From Cladosporium halotolerans (lineage: Eukaryota), in contig NW_027191497.1 in NCBI RefSeq assembly GCF_011745625.1, forward strand, positions 62,001 to 126,000: a stretch of 64,000 bases of DNA, given 5' to 3'. Below the pieces are notes generated by a model. That model did no database searches and was not told the DNA's origin. It saw only the letters and a program-made list of their open reading frames with translations. Positions 1 to 12,963 of this stretch are shown here, piece after piece. Made by a program: the position numbers and the translations under genes. The first letter of the stretch is position 1. Every line of letters starts with the position of its first letter.

Positions 1-897
1 CTGCGGCGTTTGACGACGGCGCGATGGCGCTGTAGTTGATCGCTTGCGCCATGGAGCCCTCAGTGTGCAAGTGGCCGCCCTTGCCGGCCATGGTTGAGCC
101 GATGCTGCGCGGCGTGCTGGTGCCACTGGCGGCGGTGCGGGAGGGTTCCTGGTAGCCGACGGGCGGCGCGAAGTCGACCTCCAGGTCGGTTTCTTGTACA
201 CTGATGGCCTTTTTGTCACCTTGGGGCTTCACTTCCAGCACGGCGATTTCGTAGGTCGTGTCGTTGTAGAGGAAGGTGAAGACGTCGCCTTCGGTCAGGC
301 AGGAGAAGTTGCGGAAAGCGGTCTCAAGTACGGCTTTCGGGTCGGAGATGTCGAGGAAATTCGTGTCTTGGGGTTGAAGCTTGATGAATTGTCCAGGAGG
401 CAGATCGGTTGATTTTGTCTGGAGGAGGTCGCCGGGCTCGAGGAGGAGCGTTTGCATCAACTGTAACAATCAAGCCGTCAGCACTTGGTCCTGTACATCC
501 TCGCAGCAGGGTTCATAGTCTTACCCAGAATGGTAAATAGCATCTTCCCTCCTCTGCTGTGAACTCCAAAACACCGGCATGTGTGCTCTTGCTCTTCGCT
601 CCGTTGATGACCTCGAACAGCATGGGGTATGTAATGTGGAGCTGTGTGAGTTTGTCCAGTGCCGAGGCGGGCAGGAACATTTTACCGCCATGGTTGGCTT
701 GCTCACGCTCGGGACCAGGCATCATGGCGACAGGGTAGCATCGGTAGTATTCGTCGAAGCGGCGAGGGCGCGCGCCACGCTGCAGCATGGCGCGTTGATA
801 CATGCCCATCGGGTCGTCGTCGGGGTTGAAGTAGTAGGACTGGGAGAGGTGTTAGTATGATGTTGTCCTAGCTGTGTCTATTCGGAGACTGTACCAT
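1..897 (-). CDS. UFD1: Ubiquitin fusion degradation protein Ufd1 (3' end runs off the window)
   Basis: Exons 897-895 (ATG only), 839-525 and 460-<1. The spliced product MSYYFNPDDDPMG...FDEYYRCYP...GGKMFLPASALDKL...THAGVLEFTAEEG...W/LMQTLLLEPGD...FIKLQPQ is the Ufd1 UT3 domain. Confidence 0.95.
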
Positions 898-1299
898 GAT
901 TGCGAATGTGAGGGTTTGTCGAGTCGGCCAAGGAGATCTGAAAGGATGTTTGGAAGTAGACTGGTTGCTTCACGGTGGTCGCAACTTCACGGTTGCCGCT
1001 CATGATGTAGCTGGCAAAGCTAAGCGCGATAAGGAGCTTATCTTAGCGTGAGGTCCGTGCCCTTCCAGAAGATCTGTACCTGAAGGATTCCACTTTATTT
1101 GACGGTGTCCATCAGCATTCACTTCGCTGGCGCGAGGAATCCTCTACGGCACACGGTGTGTAGAGTGAGCTCCGGGGCTGCCTCGAAAGCATGATGCGGT
1201 GTTGTGAGGGACTTTCAATCTGTTGACCTCCCCTTACATACGACTTCAACGTGGATTATCCAATGAACAATACTTATTGAAGATCACATTCCTATCCAC

Positions 1300-2175
1300 A
1301 TGGCTGGCAAAAGCAAGGCAAAGTCTCTGTCTAGTGGTCGACCACCGAACCTCACCAAGCCACGGGCCTCGCTCTCCTCCCAAGCAACCCGAACACTCAT
1401 CCGGTCTCACCATCAACTGAACAAGCAACTGGAAGCGGCCAAAGCCAAAGGCAAAGATGCCGAAGCCAGCGAGCTTGCAAAGAAAATCGAAGACCTCGGA
1501 GGACTGAAGAGCTACCAACAGGCAAGCATTCAAGGCCAATCGAATGATCGCGGTGGCGACTCCAGCGCCCTCCTCATGAAATGGCTGCAGCCGACATCTG
1601 CCGCCCTCTCCAAAACGGACCCTAAGCTCCGACTCCTTGAAGTCGGCGCACTGTCGACGACAAACATTTGCTCAAAATCAGGCCTCTTTGACGTCCAACG
1701 CATCGACCTCAATTCCCAAGCCGACGGCATCCTGCAGCAGGACTTCATGCAACGTCCGCTACCAGCCAGCCCTGCCGACACATTCGACATCATCTCGCTT
1801 TCCCTCGTGCTAAACTACGTCCCCGACGCCCCAGGGCGGGGCGAGATGCTCAAGCGCACCTGCCAATTTCTCGACACCCGTCGGCGCATCGACCGCGCCG
1901 CAGATGTGCAGGCCGTCTTCCCCGCGCTCTTCCTCGTCCTGCCGGCGCCTTGCATCGCGAACTCGCGGTACATGGACGAAGCGCGGCTGGGAGCCATCAT
2001 GACCAGCCTGGGCTACACGATGCTGCAGCGCAAGCAGACGGCGAAGCTCGTATACTACCTGTGGCGTCTGGGGGGCGCGGCACGCGATGCGAAAGCCAAG
2101 TTTCCGAAGTTGGAGGTCAATCCGGGCGCAGGGAGGAACAATTTCAGCATAGTGCTTACGCCGTCGCGGTCATGA
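1300..2175 (+). CDS. BMT2: 25S rRNA adenine-N1 methyltransferase Bmt2
   Basis: Intronless 291-aa ORF with motifs LGGLKSYQQAS, RGGDSS, LEVGALS, IDLNSQ, QQDFM, SLSLVLNYVP, RGEML and RNNFSI typical of the Bmt2 family. Confidence 0.9.
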   Translation: MAGKSKAKSLSSGRPPNLTKPRASLSSQATRTLIRSHHQLNKQLEAAKAKGKDAEASELAKKIEDLGGLKSYQQASIQGQSNDRGGDSSALLMKWLQPTSAALSKTDPKLRLLEVGALSTTNICSKSGLFDVQRIDLNSQADGILQQDFMQRPLPASPADTFDIISLSLVLNYVPDAPGRGEMLKRTCQFLDTRRRIDRAADVQAVFPALFLVLPAPCIANSRYMDEARLGAIMTSLGYTMLQRKQTAKLVYYLWRLGGAARDAKAKFPKLEVNPGAGRNNFSIVLTPSRS

Positions 2176-4322
2176 GGTTGGATGGCAGAGGGCGGAAGAG
2201 GTGTTGCTAAGCTACCGTAGCTGGTCGATTGATCGCCGCGCCTCGCGCGAGCGCCACGTTGTCGGATATGCACGAGAGCGAGCGAGCGAGGACGACGAGT
2301 AAACACCCGCCACGCCTACCAGCTAGCATCCTCCCGCAAATGCCCACGCCAAAACGCAAGCCATCAAAGGCTACGCTCGGCCTTAGCCAAACAGACACCT
2401 ACAGTAGCTACGCAGTATGTAAGGTGCTACCGCATCCGCGAACATGACATGACATAAGACGTCCTCCCCCAAAACACCGCCAGCACCATAGAAACGACGT
2501 CCCGACCCACCCACTCGCAATCACATGACCGTCTTCATATGCGCGCCAGCCCGACGGGTCACTCCCGCATCTGACCTGACGCTGCGGGCTTGCGCCGCGC
2601 GGGTGGTGCCATTCCCTCGTGCAGCACACGCTTGTTAGTCCCAGTAGCGCGAGAAACGCGCGCTGTCGACTACGGGGCCGTATCGTTGGAGGAAAGACGT
2701 CTGATTTTTTCTCTGTAGGTGCTAATGTGAGATGGGTGGAGTTTGTGGGTTTTGCGGGAAATGTGGGCCACGCGGGTGTGTGTGTGGGTTTTCATGTTTG
2801 TTTTCGTCGTTGTCGTCGGGCGGGACGAAACATCGAGTGTTTACCTAGGGCCAGGGTAGGTGTTCACCGCGGGACATCGACATCAACATCGCCTGATGAC
2901 AGGAACGTGTACATCCTTTGACGAATAATAATAAGATCACAGCACCCCGCCCAGGCACCTTATTACTGGACGGCAGCGCGAATATCCCTCCTGTTATTAG
3001 GGCTTCCCTCTCACACCTCAAGCATTCATACCCTACGGCGCATGCAGTGTCAAAGTTTGCATCCCGCCGCATCGAGGTACATACCTTAGCTAGCTCTCGC
3101 ATGCAAGTGGAGCAAGAGGAGCTACAGGGCTGCCGGAAGGTTACGACGACGACGGGACTACTCGAGCGGAGGTTTCGGTCGGCTGTCATGGCACAGGTAC
3201 GGGCGGTGAGGTACCTCGTAGGGCGGAATGAACTCTACTCGTTGCATGATCTGAGGCGACGTAGACAGCGGCTTCGAGAGTCGATGTACTGTGTATGATT
3301 CGCGAGCAAAAGCAGGAGCACGAGAGGGGATCTTGGACGGGAGCGTTCGCGAAGGAGTCTCATTGCGCCCCTGATCCCTGCTCGTGCGCGTGTGTACCAG
3401 GACCAGCGTGCGTGCGTATGTACTGTACCTCACGATGTTTCCCGCAGCCCGCCTTTGCCGCCGTGGGGTTTCAGAGAAAAAGAGTGCAGCGCATTTCGGG
3501 CACGCATACATACTACAGATAACGTACACACCTGTCACGGCGCGGACGCCACCCTCGATCGATAGCAGCTCCGCAAGCCGCAGCGCAGGCGAAGCAGTTT
3601 CACCTCATCATCAGACATCCATCATCAGGGTGACGAAACAAACGAAAGCCACGCCAATCAATCAATCAATCCGCTCAACTCCAGGACCCCCCTTCCCTTC
3701 CCTTTCCGATCTCGGCTCGCGGTTCCCCTTACCAGGCTCCTTGCCCCCCTTCCAACCCTTCCACCGCCCTTCCTCGCTTGCTCCCTAGCCTGGCTCGCGG
3801 ACACATGGCGACGGGTTCGTCACAGAGTTCGGCGGGCTTCTAGAGCGCGGGCCGGGCGGACGGGGAAAGACGAGCCGGGTCTTGCGCGCGGTTGCCCCGA
3901 GCGATCTCGAGACTATTATTTCATCGTATCGGGACGGGAGGAAGGGAAGGGGAAGGGGAGCCTTGGGAAAATGTTTCTTCCCTTATGCTTGAGCTGTGAT
4001 TTCAGGGCGTGGGCGGTGCTCAGGAGGGAGAGAGAGGTAAGGTAGGGCAGCAGCCGCGGGGTCTCGTCCGATTCGGCGCAGAGCGTATGTAGAAGCCGAA
4101 CGACGACGGAGACCGGAGACCTGAGACATAGCCATACATGTAATAAGGAAGGGACCGCGGCAGCACTTGCTCACTACTCACTCACGCCCCACCGTGCAGA
4201 GCAGCCCGCCCAGGCCGCGCGAGGGCAGAAGAAAAAAAAAAGGCCACGTCCACGACCAAGCACCGAACTACCTAAACCTTCCAGCTACCGGCCGAGCGAC
4301 CGACCCTTTGGCGCTATGTAGA

Positions 4323-5210
4323 CGCCGCCGCCGCCGCCGCCGCCGCCGCCTCCACCCTGGTGTCGGAAAATGTCATCATAGCGTCGAGGCAGGCAGGCAG
4401 GCAGCGTGCACGGCCAGCCAGGGACGACCGACCAACCAACCAACCAACCAATGCCTTACCTTACTTCTCTCTTTGTCTCGATTGCTGCAGGAGCTGGGGC
4501 CGGTTGGGCCCGGGTGCGGCCTGCAGGAGGGCATCAGAGACTTCAGGCCGGAGTGGGGTGGTGCGATGCGATGCGATGGGATGGGTTGGGATGGGAAGCT
4601 GCAGCAGGACGGCGGGCTGGGAGCGGTAGCAATAAATGCAGTAATAACGCGGTGCGGTGCGGTGCGGTGCGGTGCAGTGCCGTCCTGTCATAGCGTGAGA
4701 GCCGTGTGTCTCTTCATCAGTCTTCACCTGCCCAGGGCCCGTCGTCCTCCTGCTGCCGGCGGACGTGCGCGATGGCATGGCAGCGGCGGATGCGCCAGGG
4801 CCGGGAGTTTAGATCCTGATCGCGGCGCGGTGCCGAAGTGTGGCGGCAGAGGCAGCGCACCACATGTAGATTGCTGCAAATTGGCGCAGCCTAGCAGGAG
4901 GTGCAGGCTCGTCATGGGCGGGTTTGGCGGCCAGTCACGGCGTGGACGGGCGCCGCGGTGGCTGCGGAGGCGGCGGGCCAGCAGGCCAAGTGGGCTCGCT
5001 GCGCGTGGCAGGCAGAGCATGATGCATGATCGCCGGCGGAGGAGCGAGCGAGGGCTCTGTTGTCGCGCGCAGACACCCGCAGCAATAGGTACACGCAGCA
5101 CACGCAGCACACGCAGCACACGCACCAGTACTAATGAGTGATGAGTGAGGCGGCACCACACGCACCACAGGCACCACGGACGCACCACACGCACCACAGA
5201 CGCACCAGAC
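4323..5210. repeat. Microsatellite-rich low-complexity tract: (GCC)n, (CCAA)n, (GCGAT)n, (GCGGT)n, (GCAGCACAC)3 and CACCACACG-like units
   Basis: Tandem repeats directly visible at about 4323-4350, 4431-4451, 4563-4577, 4649-4673, 5091-5121 and 5153-5208. Confidence 0.85.
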
Positions 5211-6220
5211 GCATGCTACCCTGGCCTTGGCCTTAGCCTCTCCGCGCTGCTGGCGAGCAGTGGCAGAGTCAGCCTGGCCGACTAAGCTACTGTCCTCTGC
5301 AGGTGGCTCGAGGGCCCTCCCTGGCCCGCCGCGTGGGTGCTGCTCGCTCTCTCTCTCTCTCCCTCTCCCCTTTCCTGCCCGGGCCGTGCTGCTGCTGCGC
5401 GCTGCTAGTCCTGCGTAGCGCACGCCTGAGGCTGCACGGAGACCAGCGAGCCTTTCTTTTCTCTCCCACGCCCTCTGCAGCCCGCCGCAGCGCCCACTCT
5501 GCTCCCACTCCTGCTCCCACCACCACCGCTGCCCGCCCAGCGCCGCCTCGCACTCCTCCCTCTCCATCCCTCCCACCCTGCCCTGCCCTGCCCGTCTCCT
5601 CGCCTCGCCGCTCCTCTTCTCTCTTCTCTCTCTCCTCCATCCTCCCCTCCCTCCACCCTCCCTCCGCCCCGCCCCGCCGCGTGCATGATCCTGCCATAAG
5701 CGCTGCACGAGCTGCCTGCCGTGTCACCGTCGCCTCGCCGCCGCCGCGCCGCCTCCCTTTGCTCGCCGCGAGCCTTCTGGGACACGCAGCGCCTCCTTAC
5801 GGCCACCCGCTGCTGCTGCCACCGCCGCTGCTGCCACCGCCGCTGCAGCTCGCCAGCACCGCCAGACTCGCCCACCGCACGCCGCCTTTGTCCCTGTGCC
5901 ACCGCCGGCTCGCGCGCACACGCCCGCCCGCCCGCCGCCGGCTCTTTGTCCTGCTTCCTGCGTAACGAGCCCACGGCAGCCGACCCACGACTCACGAACG
6001 CTGCACCGCCAGCTGCATCTGCCCTTCGCCGCGCGCCCGCGCCGCCCACCTGAGCCAGCCAGCTTCCCGCGCGTCGCTGGCCTAGCAAACGCCTGCACGT
6101 CCTCGCTGCACCGCGCAGCGCTGTCCCCTCCGACACCCGCCCAACGGCCCGCGCGACTTGCAATTTCTCCACACCGCAACGCCTGCATCTCACGGCCGCC
6201 CCCGACTCCGACCGCGCATC

Positions 6221-8142
6221 ATGAACAACTACCAATTCGACATGCCTTACGACAACCTGCCCAACCGCTCGCCGCAGTCCCAGCGCAACGGCACCCTGCA
6301 CCGCCAGCCCTCCCGGCCCCAGTTCGAGGGCGCCTACGGCCACCTGCCCTCCGGCCTCTACACCGCCGACGACCACTCGCGATTCGACCCTAATGGCTTT
6401 GGCATGAGGAACGCGACCATCGGCGGCTACGGCAACTCCGCCTACGACATGGGAGGTGGAAACTGGAACAACGGCGCCTTCGGCCAGAACAACACCCTGA
6501 GTGGACTCGGAGCAACCGGTGGAAGGCGCCCCCAGTCCAAAGGGCGGGCTGGCCTGCCTTCGGTAAGTCTGGCCATGTGATGGCTGCTTCTGCCACGCAG
6601 TACTCGCTGACACCTCAAATTCAGGCCTGGCTCGACCAGCAACCTCCTATGCCCGGCGTCAACCCATTCATGGGCCTTGGCGGTCTCGGTGGACCGCCCA
6701 TGCGCCAGGACGCTCTTCACTCTGAGGTCGACGAGGAGCTCATTCCTACCGCCATCGTGATCAAGAACATCCCTTTCGCTGTCAAGAAGGAACAGCTCGT
6801 TGCCATCATGACCGACATGGGCCTGCCTCTGCCCTACGCCTTCAACTACCACTTCGACAACGGTGTCTTCCGTGGTCTGGCCTTCGCTAACTTCACCAAC
6901 GCCGACGAGACTGCCACTGTCATTGACGCCATGAACCACTTCGAGCTCAACGGCCGCAAGCTGCGTGTGGAATACAAGAAAATGCTGCCTGCTGCCGAGA
7001 GGGAGCGCATCGAGCGGGAGAAGCGTGAAAGGAGAGGTCAGCTGGAAGAGCAGCACCGCCCCATGGCTCCTTCGCAGCTGCACACTCAGGCTTCCATGTC
7101 TTCTCTCAACTCTCACTCTCGCATCCCCGCCACGTCGCCCTCCCCTGTCTCCGCCCGCAGCATGAAGCCGGGTGGTGGTTACTTCAACCCCTACGGCGGC
7201 GAGCAGGCCCAGCCGCAGGTCGAGCCGGATGTCGACCTCAATGACCCTCAGGCCCTGCAGCACTACTCTCGTCTGCTTTTGTTTAAGGAGGATACCAGCC
7301 GCGACCTCATCGTCTTCCCTTCCACCCTGTCGCCGCCCGAGCGTAGGATCGTGCACACTCTCGCACACCACATGGGTCTGGGACACTCGTCTAAGGGACA
7401 GGCAGACCAGCGTGCTGTCCACGTTTTCAAGGAGACTACCCGTCGTGTCAGCCCTCCCATGCCCCAGATCGCCGCTCTGCAGAACGAGCAACGACGTGGG
7501 CTGAACCGTGCCGCGACCACTGACTTCAGTGACGTCCGCGCCGGAGGTGACAACTTTTACGGCGGCGGTGGACTGCGCCATCAGGGCTCTGGCTACCTCG
7601 GTGGCTACCAAGACTCTGGCAACCAGCTTGGACCTGGCAGCAACAACCTTCGTGCGGCCAAATCTTTCGCGGACCTCCGCTCTTACACCCCATCTCCCGT
7701 GCCCTCCACTGCCAGCTTCCCTGCCACTCTCGGAAACAACCCTAGCCGCCTGCAGGAGTACGGCAGAGAGAATCAGTCCAGCACTCCCACCCTCATGACC
7801 CCCACCTCTGGCCTTGGTGAGCGCGGCGACGCATCCCTGATTAACGGCCTTGGCAGCATGAACCTCGGTGGCTCTGGCTTCGGTGGTAGCCCCAGCCGCC
7901 TGCGTGGTCTTCCTTCTTGGGACCGCGAGACTCCCGCCCCTATTGGTAGCAACCGCTCTTTCAGCACCAACTTCGAGGAGCGCAGCCAGAGCCGCAACGC
8001 CGGCCCTGAACGTCAGCCCCGTGGCCCGCTCCCTGAGCGCGGCGCCGGCTTCCCTCGCAACAGGCAGAATGGCCACATGCCCCGCAACAGCGACGAGCTC
8101 TCTCAGCAGAGCTCCGCTCCCGAAATCACGGTCGAGCACTAA
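6221..8142 (+). CDS. PIN4: RRM + R3H RNA-binding protein (Pin4/Cip2-like)
   Basis: Exons 6221-6562 and 6625-8142. RRM: TAIVIKNIPFAVKKE...FNYHFDNGVFRGLAFANF...NGRKLRVEYKK. R3H: ERRIVHTLAHHMGLGHSSKG. Confidence 0.88.
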
Positions 8143-9792
8143 CCGCTCCCGGAACCCATAAATCACATGCTCATGATGACGAAGACCGCACCTTGCATAA
8201 ACCCCGTACCGTAACGCTTCCGCCACGCAACGACTTCACCCAACCCCACCAAGCATGATTACGAACCGCCTATCACGACATGACTAGCATTCGCCAATAT
8301 GAGCACAACGTCAATGATACCTCGAACAACGACTATACGAGAATGACAACAATCGCAACCCCGCAAGTTAGTAGAAGAAGATCACACCAATCTTGGAGCT
8401 CGCAGCTCGCCCGTCCTGCAAACCTGATCTATTGCCGGAATTAGAAAAAAACAATCTATTCGCGTTCCCGTGGTTTTTCTGGAGAAGCAGGACGGGATGA
8501 AAAAAGAAGACCCGCCCTCGAAATCGGCTTTTGCGCGCCTGGCATCTTTGTTTTTATTGTTTACTCTTTTTTATTTTGAAACCCGGTCGGCAGCAACAAC
8601 CTCGGCCCGGCCAAAGCTCTTTTGCATATATGTTTTCCTGTTCCTCCGCGAAATCCTCGTCGGCTTGGCTTTTCAAACCAAAATCTATTCGCAAGAGGAG
8701 GGAAACGGGGAACATCTCCATCCGCCCCTAACGGAAAGATTGAACTGCTCGCTAAGAGGAGGGTAATTTCATCGGGAAAAGGGGGAAAAGAGAGAAGAGG
8801 GGGGGAGCACATGCCGGCGTTTCGAGTTCGAGAAGCTTCTCCTTCTCTCGACTTGTCCCTTGGTTTTGGATCGAAGCTGATATCCCCCGGAAATTTGCTC
8901 TTGCTCGCCTGGCTTTTTCTTTCTCGTCCTTGGTTTTTTCTGTCTCTTGCTCTCTCTCTCTTTTGGATCTGGTTGGAGAGAAAGGGGACATGGCACATTG
9001 GGAATGGGCAAGAAGAGTAGGATAAGAGATGGACCTGCTAGCTGGGTATGCATCTTCCGCTGCGATTCGGTTCGGGACACCAGAGCTGCTGCCCGCGTGC
9101 TTTTTCGGCTACTGCGAGCTACGTGCAGCATCATCTGTCCTCCTCGGAAAGCTCCCGTCCTCCCTCTCCGCGCCCTCATGATGTCGCCGTTCCTCTCTCT
9201 CTCTCCACACCTATCTGGTCCTTCAGTTCTAGCGCCTACCTGTATTAATGATTCTTTTATTTCTTCCCAAATCATCAAAAATCATATTCATCCTCTCCTG
9301 CATCTCTGTTCTCTTTATCTCTCCGGAAGCTAAATGCCGTGCAAAGATCTGCGTGTTTCCCAGTGAGGGCAATCTGCAATCGCAAGGCTGGACAATTTGT
9401 GTGGCTATATCCCTCTGCATTAGTGTGTAGGTGAGAGCATAGTCTTGGATGATTCTTGAGAGAGTATGGGGTGAGAAGAGAGGTGAGCTTGGGGAGTCTA
9501 TGGTTTGGGGAAGTTGGGTCTTGGACGTATCGCTTCTCGATCTATACGTCTTGTAGATCGTGAGCGTGAAAGAGCAGCTTTTCGACGCCAACTTATGTCG
9601 CCATAGCCGGAGACGCTCTGAGAGATGGGCAGAGTTGTTCCAAGCGTCGGGTCTCATCACCACAACTTGAAGCATTCGTATTTTGAGAAAAATCAATCAC
9701 GCAATCTACACGCAGTAGCCACTATCGTCATAAAAAGTATTTTGAAAACCCAAATCCAAATATATCAGATCCATCTCCCGTCACCGACGCAC

Positions 9793-11323
9793 CTACAACT
9801 TCGACTTCTTATCCGAATGCACGCGGTCCAACTGCAGCACATCCCTCTTCTTCATCCCGTACGCGGCCGCCATCTCCTCCGACCGCTTCTTCTGCCACTC
9901 GAGCTTCTCCAGCATCGCCTTGCCGCGCTTGTTCTCGTTCCTGCCCAGCTGCAGCAAATGCACCTCGTCCGGCCCGTCGACGATCCTCATCGTCCGCCCG
10001 TGCGCCCACATGTTCGCCAGCGGGGTGTCCTGGCTCACGCCCGCGCCGCCGAAGGCCTGCACCGCGCGGTCGATGACCTCGAGCGCCATGGCGGGCACCT
10101 GGACTTTCGCCTCGGCGATCTCCTTCAGCGCGAACTTGGCGTCCTTGGAGTCGATCATGAGCGCGGCGTTGAGCACCGTCAGGCGCGCGGTGTCGATCTC
10201 GATGCGGGAGCGGGCGACGCGCTCGAGCATGATGCCGTGCTCGTGCAGCTGCTTGCCGAAGGGCTTCTTGCGGGGGTCGTTGATGCGGGCGAGGAAGTAC
10301 TCGAGGGCCTTCTCGGCGGCGCCGATGGAGCGCATGGCGTGGTGGATGCGGCCGGGCCCGAGGCGGCCCTGGATGACCTCGAAGCCGCGGCCTTCGCCGA
10401 GGACCATGTTGGCGGCGGGGACGCGGACGTCGTGGAAGGTGATGTGGCCGTGGCCGTGGGGCGCGTCGTCGAAGCCGTAGACGCTGAGCATGCGGTCGAT
10501 GGTGATGCCGGGGGTGTCGGCGGGGACGAGGATGACGGACTGCTGCTTGTAGACGCTGGCGTTGGCCGGGTCGCTCTTGCCCATGACGATGTAGATCTGG
10601 CAGCGGGGGTCGCCGGCGCCGGAGGACCACCACTTGCGGCCGTTGAGGACCCAGTGGTCGCCGTCCTTGCGCATGGTCAGGCCGATGTTGGTGGCGTCCG
10701 ACGACGCGACGTCCGGCTCCGTCATGAGGAAGGCGGAGCGGATTTGTCCCTCGAGCAGCGGCTTGAGCCAGCGGTCCTTCTGCGCCTGCGTGCCGTACTT
10801 GGCGAAGACCTCCATGTTGCCTGTGTCCGGAGCGGCGCAGTTGGTGGCCTCGGAAGCGGTGAGGCTGCGGCCGAGGTATTCGGCCATGAGGCCGTACTCG
10901 AGGTTGGAGAAGCCGGCGCCCTCCTTGAAGTGGTTCTTGGGCAGGAACATGTTCCACAGGCCGAGCTCGCGCGCGCGCTTCTTGAGGTCCTCCATGATGG
11001 GCGGGTGGGCGCTGAAGCGCTTCTGGACGCCTTCACCGATTTGCTGGCTCCAGATGGCGTCGGCGGGGATGCATTCTTCTTCGACGAAACGCTCGACCTG
11101 GGTAGAGGTGTGTGAGCTGAGGGCATTGCGAGGAGTTACAGACGACTGCCGCCTAGGTGCTTCCGAGACTTACGATGTCAAGCGTCTTCTTCGCGCGATC
11201 GCTCACATGGCCGCGGGCGATCAATGGGATCTTATCGCTGGCCCTGAGTCCACCTTGAGAGCCGACGAGCAGGTCCTCAGACGCCTTCTCCTTCTCAGCA
11301 TTGATTCTGTACGGCACGGACAT
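9793..11323 (-). CDS. Acyl-CoA dehydrogenase (ACAD10/11, IBR3-like), probably peroxisomal
   Basis: Exons 11323-11174 and 11097-9793. Motifs NCAAPDTGNMEV, SAFLMTEPDVASSDATN, QGRLGPGRIHHAMR and RIVDGPDEVH. The C-terminus ends in SKL (PTS1). Confidence 0.92.
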
Positions 11324-11928
11324 GATGTCAGAGATGTGAACTGATATGTGCTAAGCAAGAATCAAGAACGAAAGGACTCGATCTCTTTTGACAAGAGATG
11401 TAGAGGTGAAGAGCAGAAGAAACTCCCTACGTCTTGCGAGAGGCGTTGGCTATGGTCTTGTATAGCTGGAGTCGCACCCTCCACACCCCGGATTACATGC
11501 AGAGCCGAGGTGAATAGGACAGCCCGGCCGGGTAGAGCTTATCCCCATGCGCCTCTGCGCCGAGGGTCGTTGCGCGCTCTGGATGAGGCAGGTCTGGCGA
11601 GGACCTACTGCTCGCAATTCGGCGGCCTCCAGCTAACGCCTTTGAGGCTTGATTGATTGGGAGTCTACCCGAGGTCTACCAATTGACAGCTGACAAAGAC
11701 GGAAGCATCGATAGCAATTGCATTAACATAGGCTGTTGTTGCCTTACAGCCCTGCCAAAGAGCTGCACCATCACGTGACGTCACCACTTCACTCCGCAAT
11801 CGCCCCGGGCCAAACGGCGACTGCTCGACAGCAGCTCAGACAGCTCGAGGCTTGGCGTCGTCCATCACCGTCTCCAATACCAGAATATTTCAGAAACCAT
11901 TTGAAGCCCTATAGGCTACCTTTCGAGC

Positions 11929-12595
11929 ATGTCAAGAGTCCACGGGAGCCTGACTAAAGACGACGAAGTCAACCAGGCCGCCTGGGCTGCGGGACGGGGG
12001 GCTGTCGTTGGCGCTGCGAAGGTGAGTTGCTTCCTTGCTCTCGTTCCTGAGATGTCTTGAGGTGTTGAGTTCTGGCGTCATCAAATGAAAATGAAAATAA
12101 ACCACACAATGCAAACGAGATGAGAAGAAGGAGACACGGAAGTTCTTCCGCTCGGCAGGAAAGAAACCAACCCCCACATCAAGTTTAGAAAGCAAGACCC
12201 AAAAGGCTCAGTCGGAAAATACACTCCATGACCAAACAACCAGACTAACAAACATCACCACAGTGGGGCATCTTCTCCGCCATCGCCGGCCTAGCAGCAT
12301 TCCAATTCAGCCCCGTCTACCGGGGCCTGACCTTCCAATTCAAAGTGTACACGCCTTCGCATCCCGCAATAGCATTCCCATCTCTCTAACTCCATATCTC
12401 AGATTCCTCCAAATGTCCGGCATGACAGCCGGCAGCATCATCGAAGCCGACAAACGCCTGCGAGACCACGGGGCGTGGCAGCGGCGGCAGAAGAAAGTGC
12501 TGCGGGACGCTGAAGTGTGGCGGAAGTACGAAGAGGACTACGAGGAGAAAGCGGTCGCGGCCGAGATGCGGAAGAAGCAGGAGGGAGGGGAATGA
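11929..12595 (+). CDS. Small two-TM mitochondrial protein, Rcf3/HIG1-like respiratory supercomplex factor
   Basis: Exons 11929-12021, 12264-12346 and 12403-12595 give ...AAWAAGRGAVVGAAK/WGIFSAIAGLAAFQFSPVYRGLTFQFKV/FLQMSGMTAGSIIEADKRL. The YRGLTxQFKVFLQMS motif resembles the Rcf3-like family. Confidence 0.7.
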
Positions 12596-12963
12596 GCGAG
12601 TGATTGACTTGGTTGTACTGGGGTTCGGGGATTCTATGTTTGGGTCCTGTTTTATGTATGTACATACGCATGCTCCTTTTTCTTTTTGCCTCTTCTGATT
12701 TGGGAAGAGGAAGGGCGCAGATTGGACGGCCCTAGTAGTGTACGAGTATGAGTACAGAAAGCAAAAGCAAAACGGACAAGAAAAGCCATAGCCGCAGCAG
12801 CTGTACAAAAGCCAGCACGCGTCGAACAGAAAAGACGACGCTCAATGCCTCCGTCGCTCAAACAAAGACAAGCAAAAATACCTCCCACTCTCTTACAATT
12901 ACCATAATGAGAAACAGCACCAAAAGAAAGAAAAGGAAAGCCACCCAACTCAGCTCACTTCAC

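Noticed and set aside
895..897. ATG-only first coding exon of UFD1
   Set aside because: Real, but common in fungal genes.
4167..6613. Numerous Arg/Pro/Ala-rich ORFs on both strands
   Set aside because: Products of GC-rich microsatellite and leader sequence lacking stop codons.
9625..11115. 496-aa + strand ORF
   Set aside because: Antisense shadow of the GC3-rich acyl-CoA dehydrogenase.
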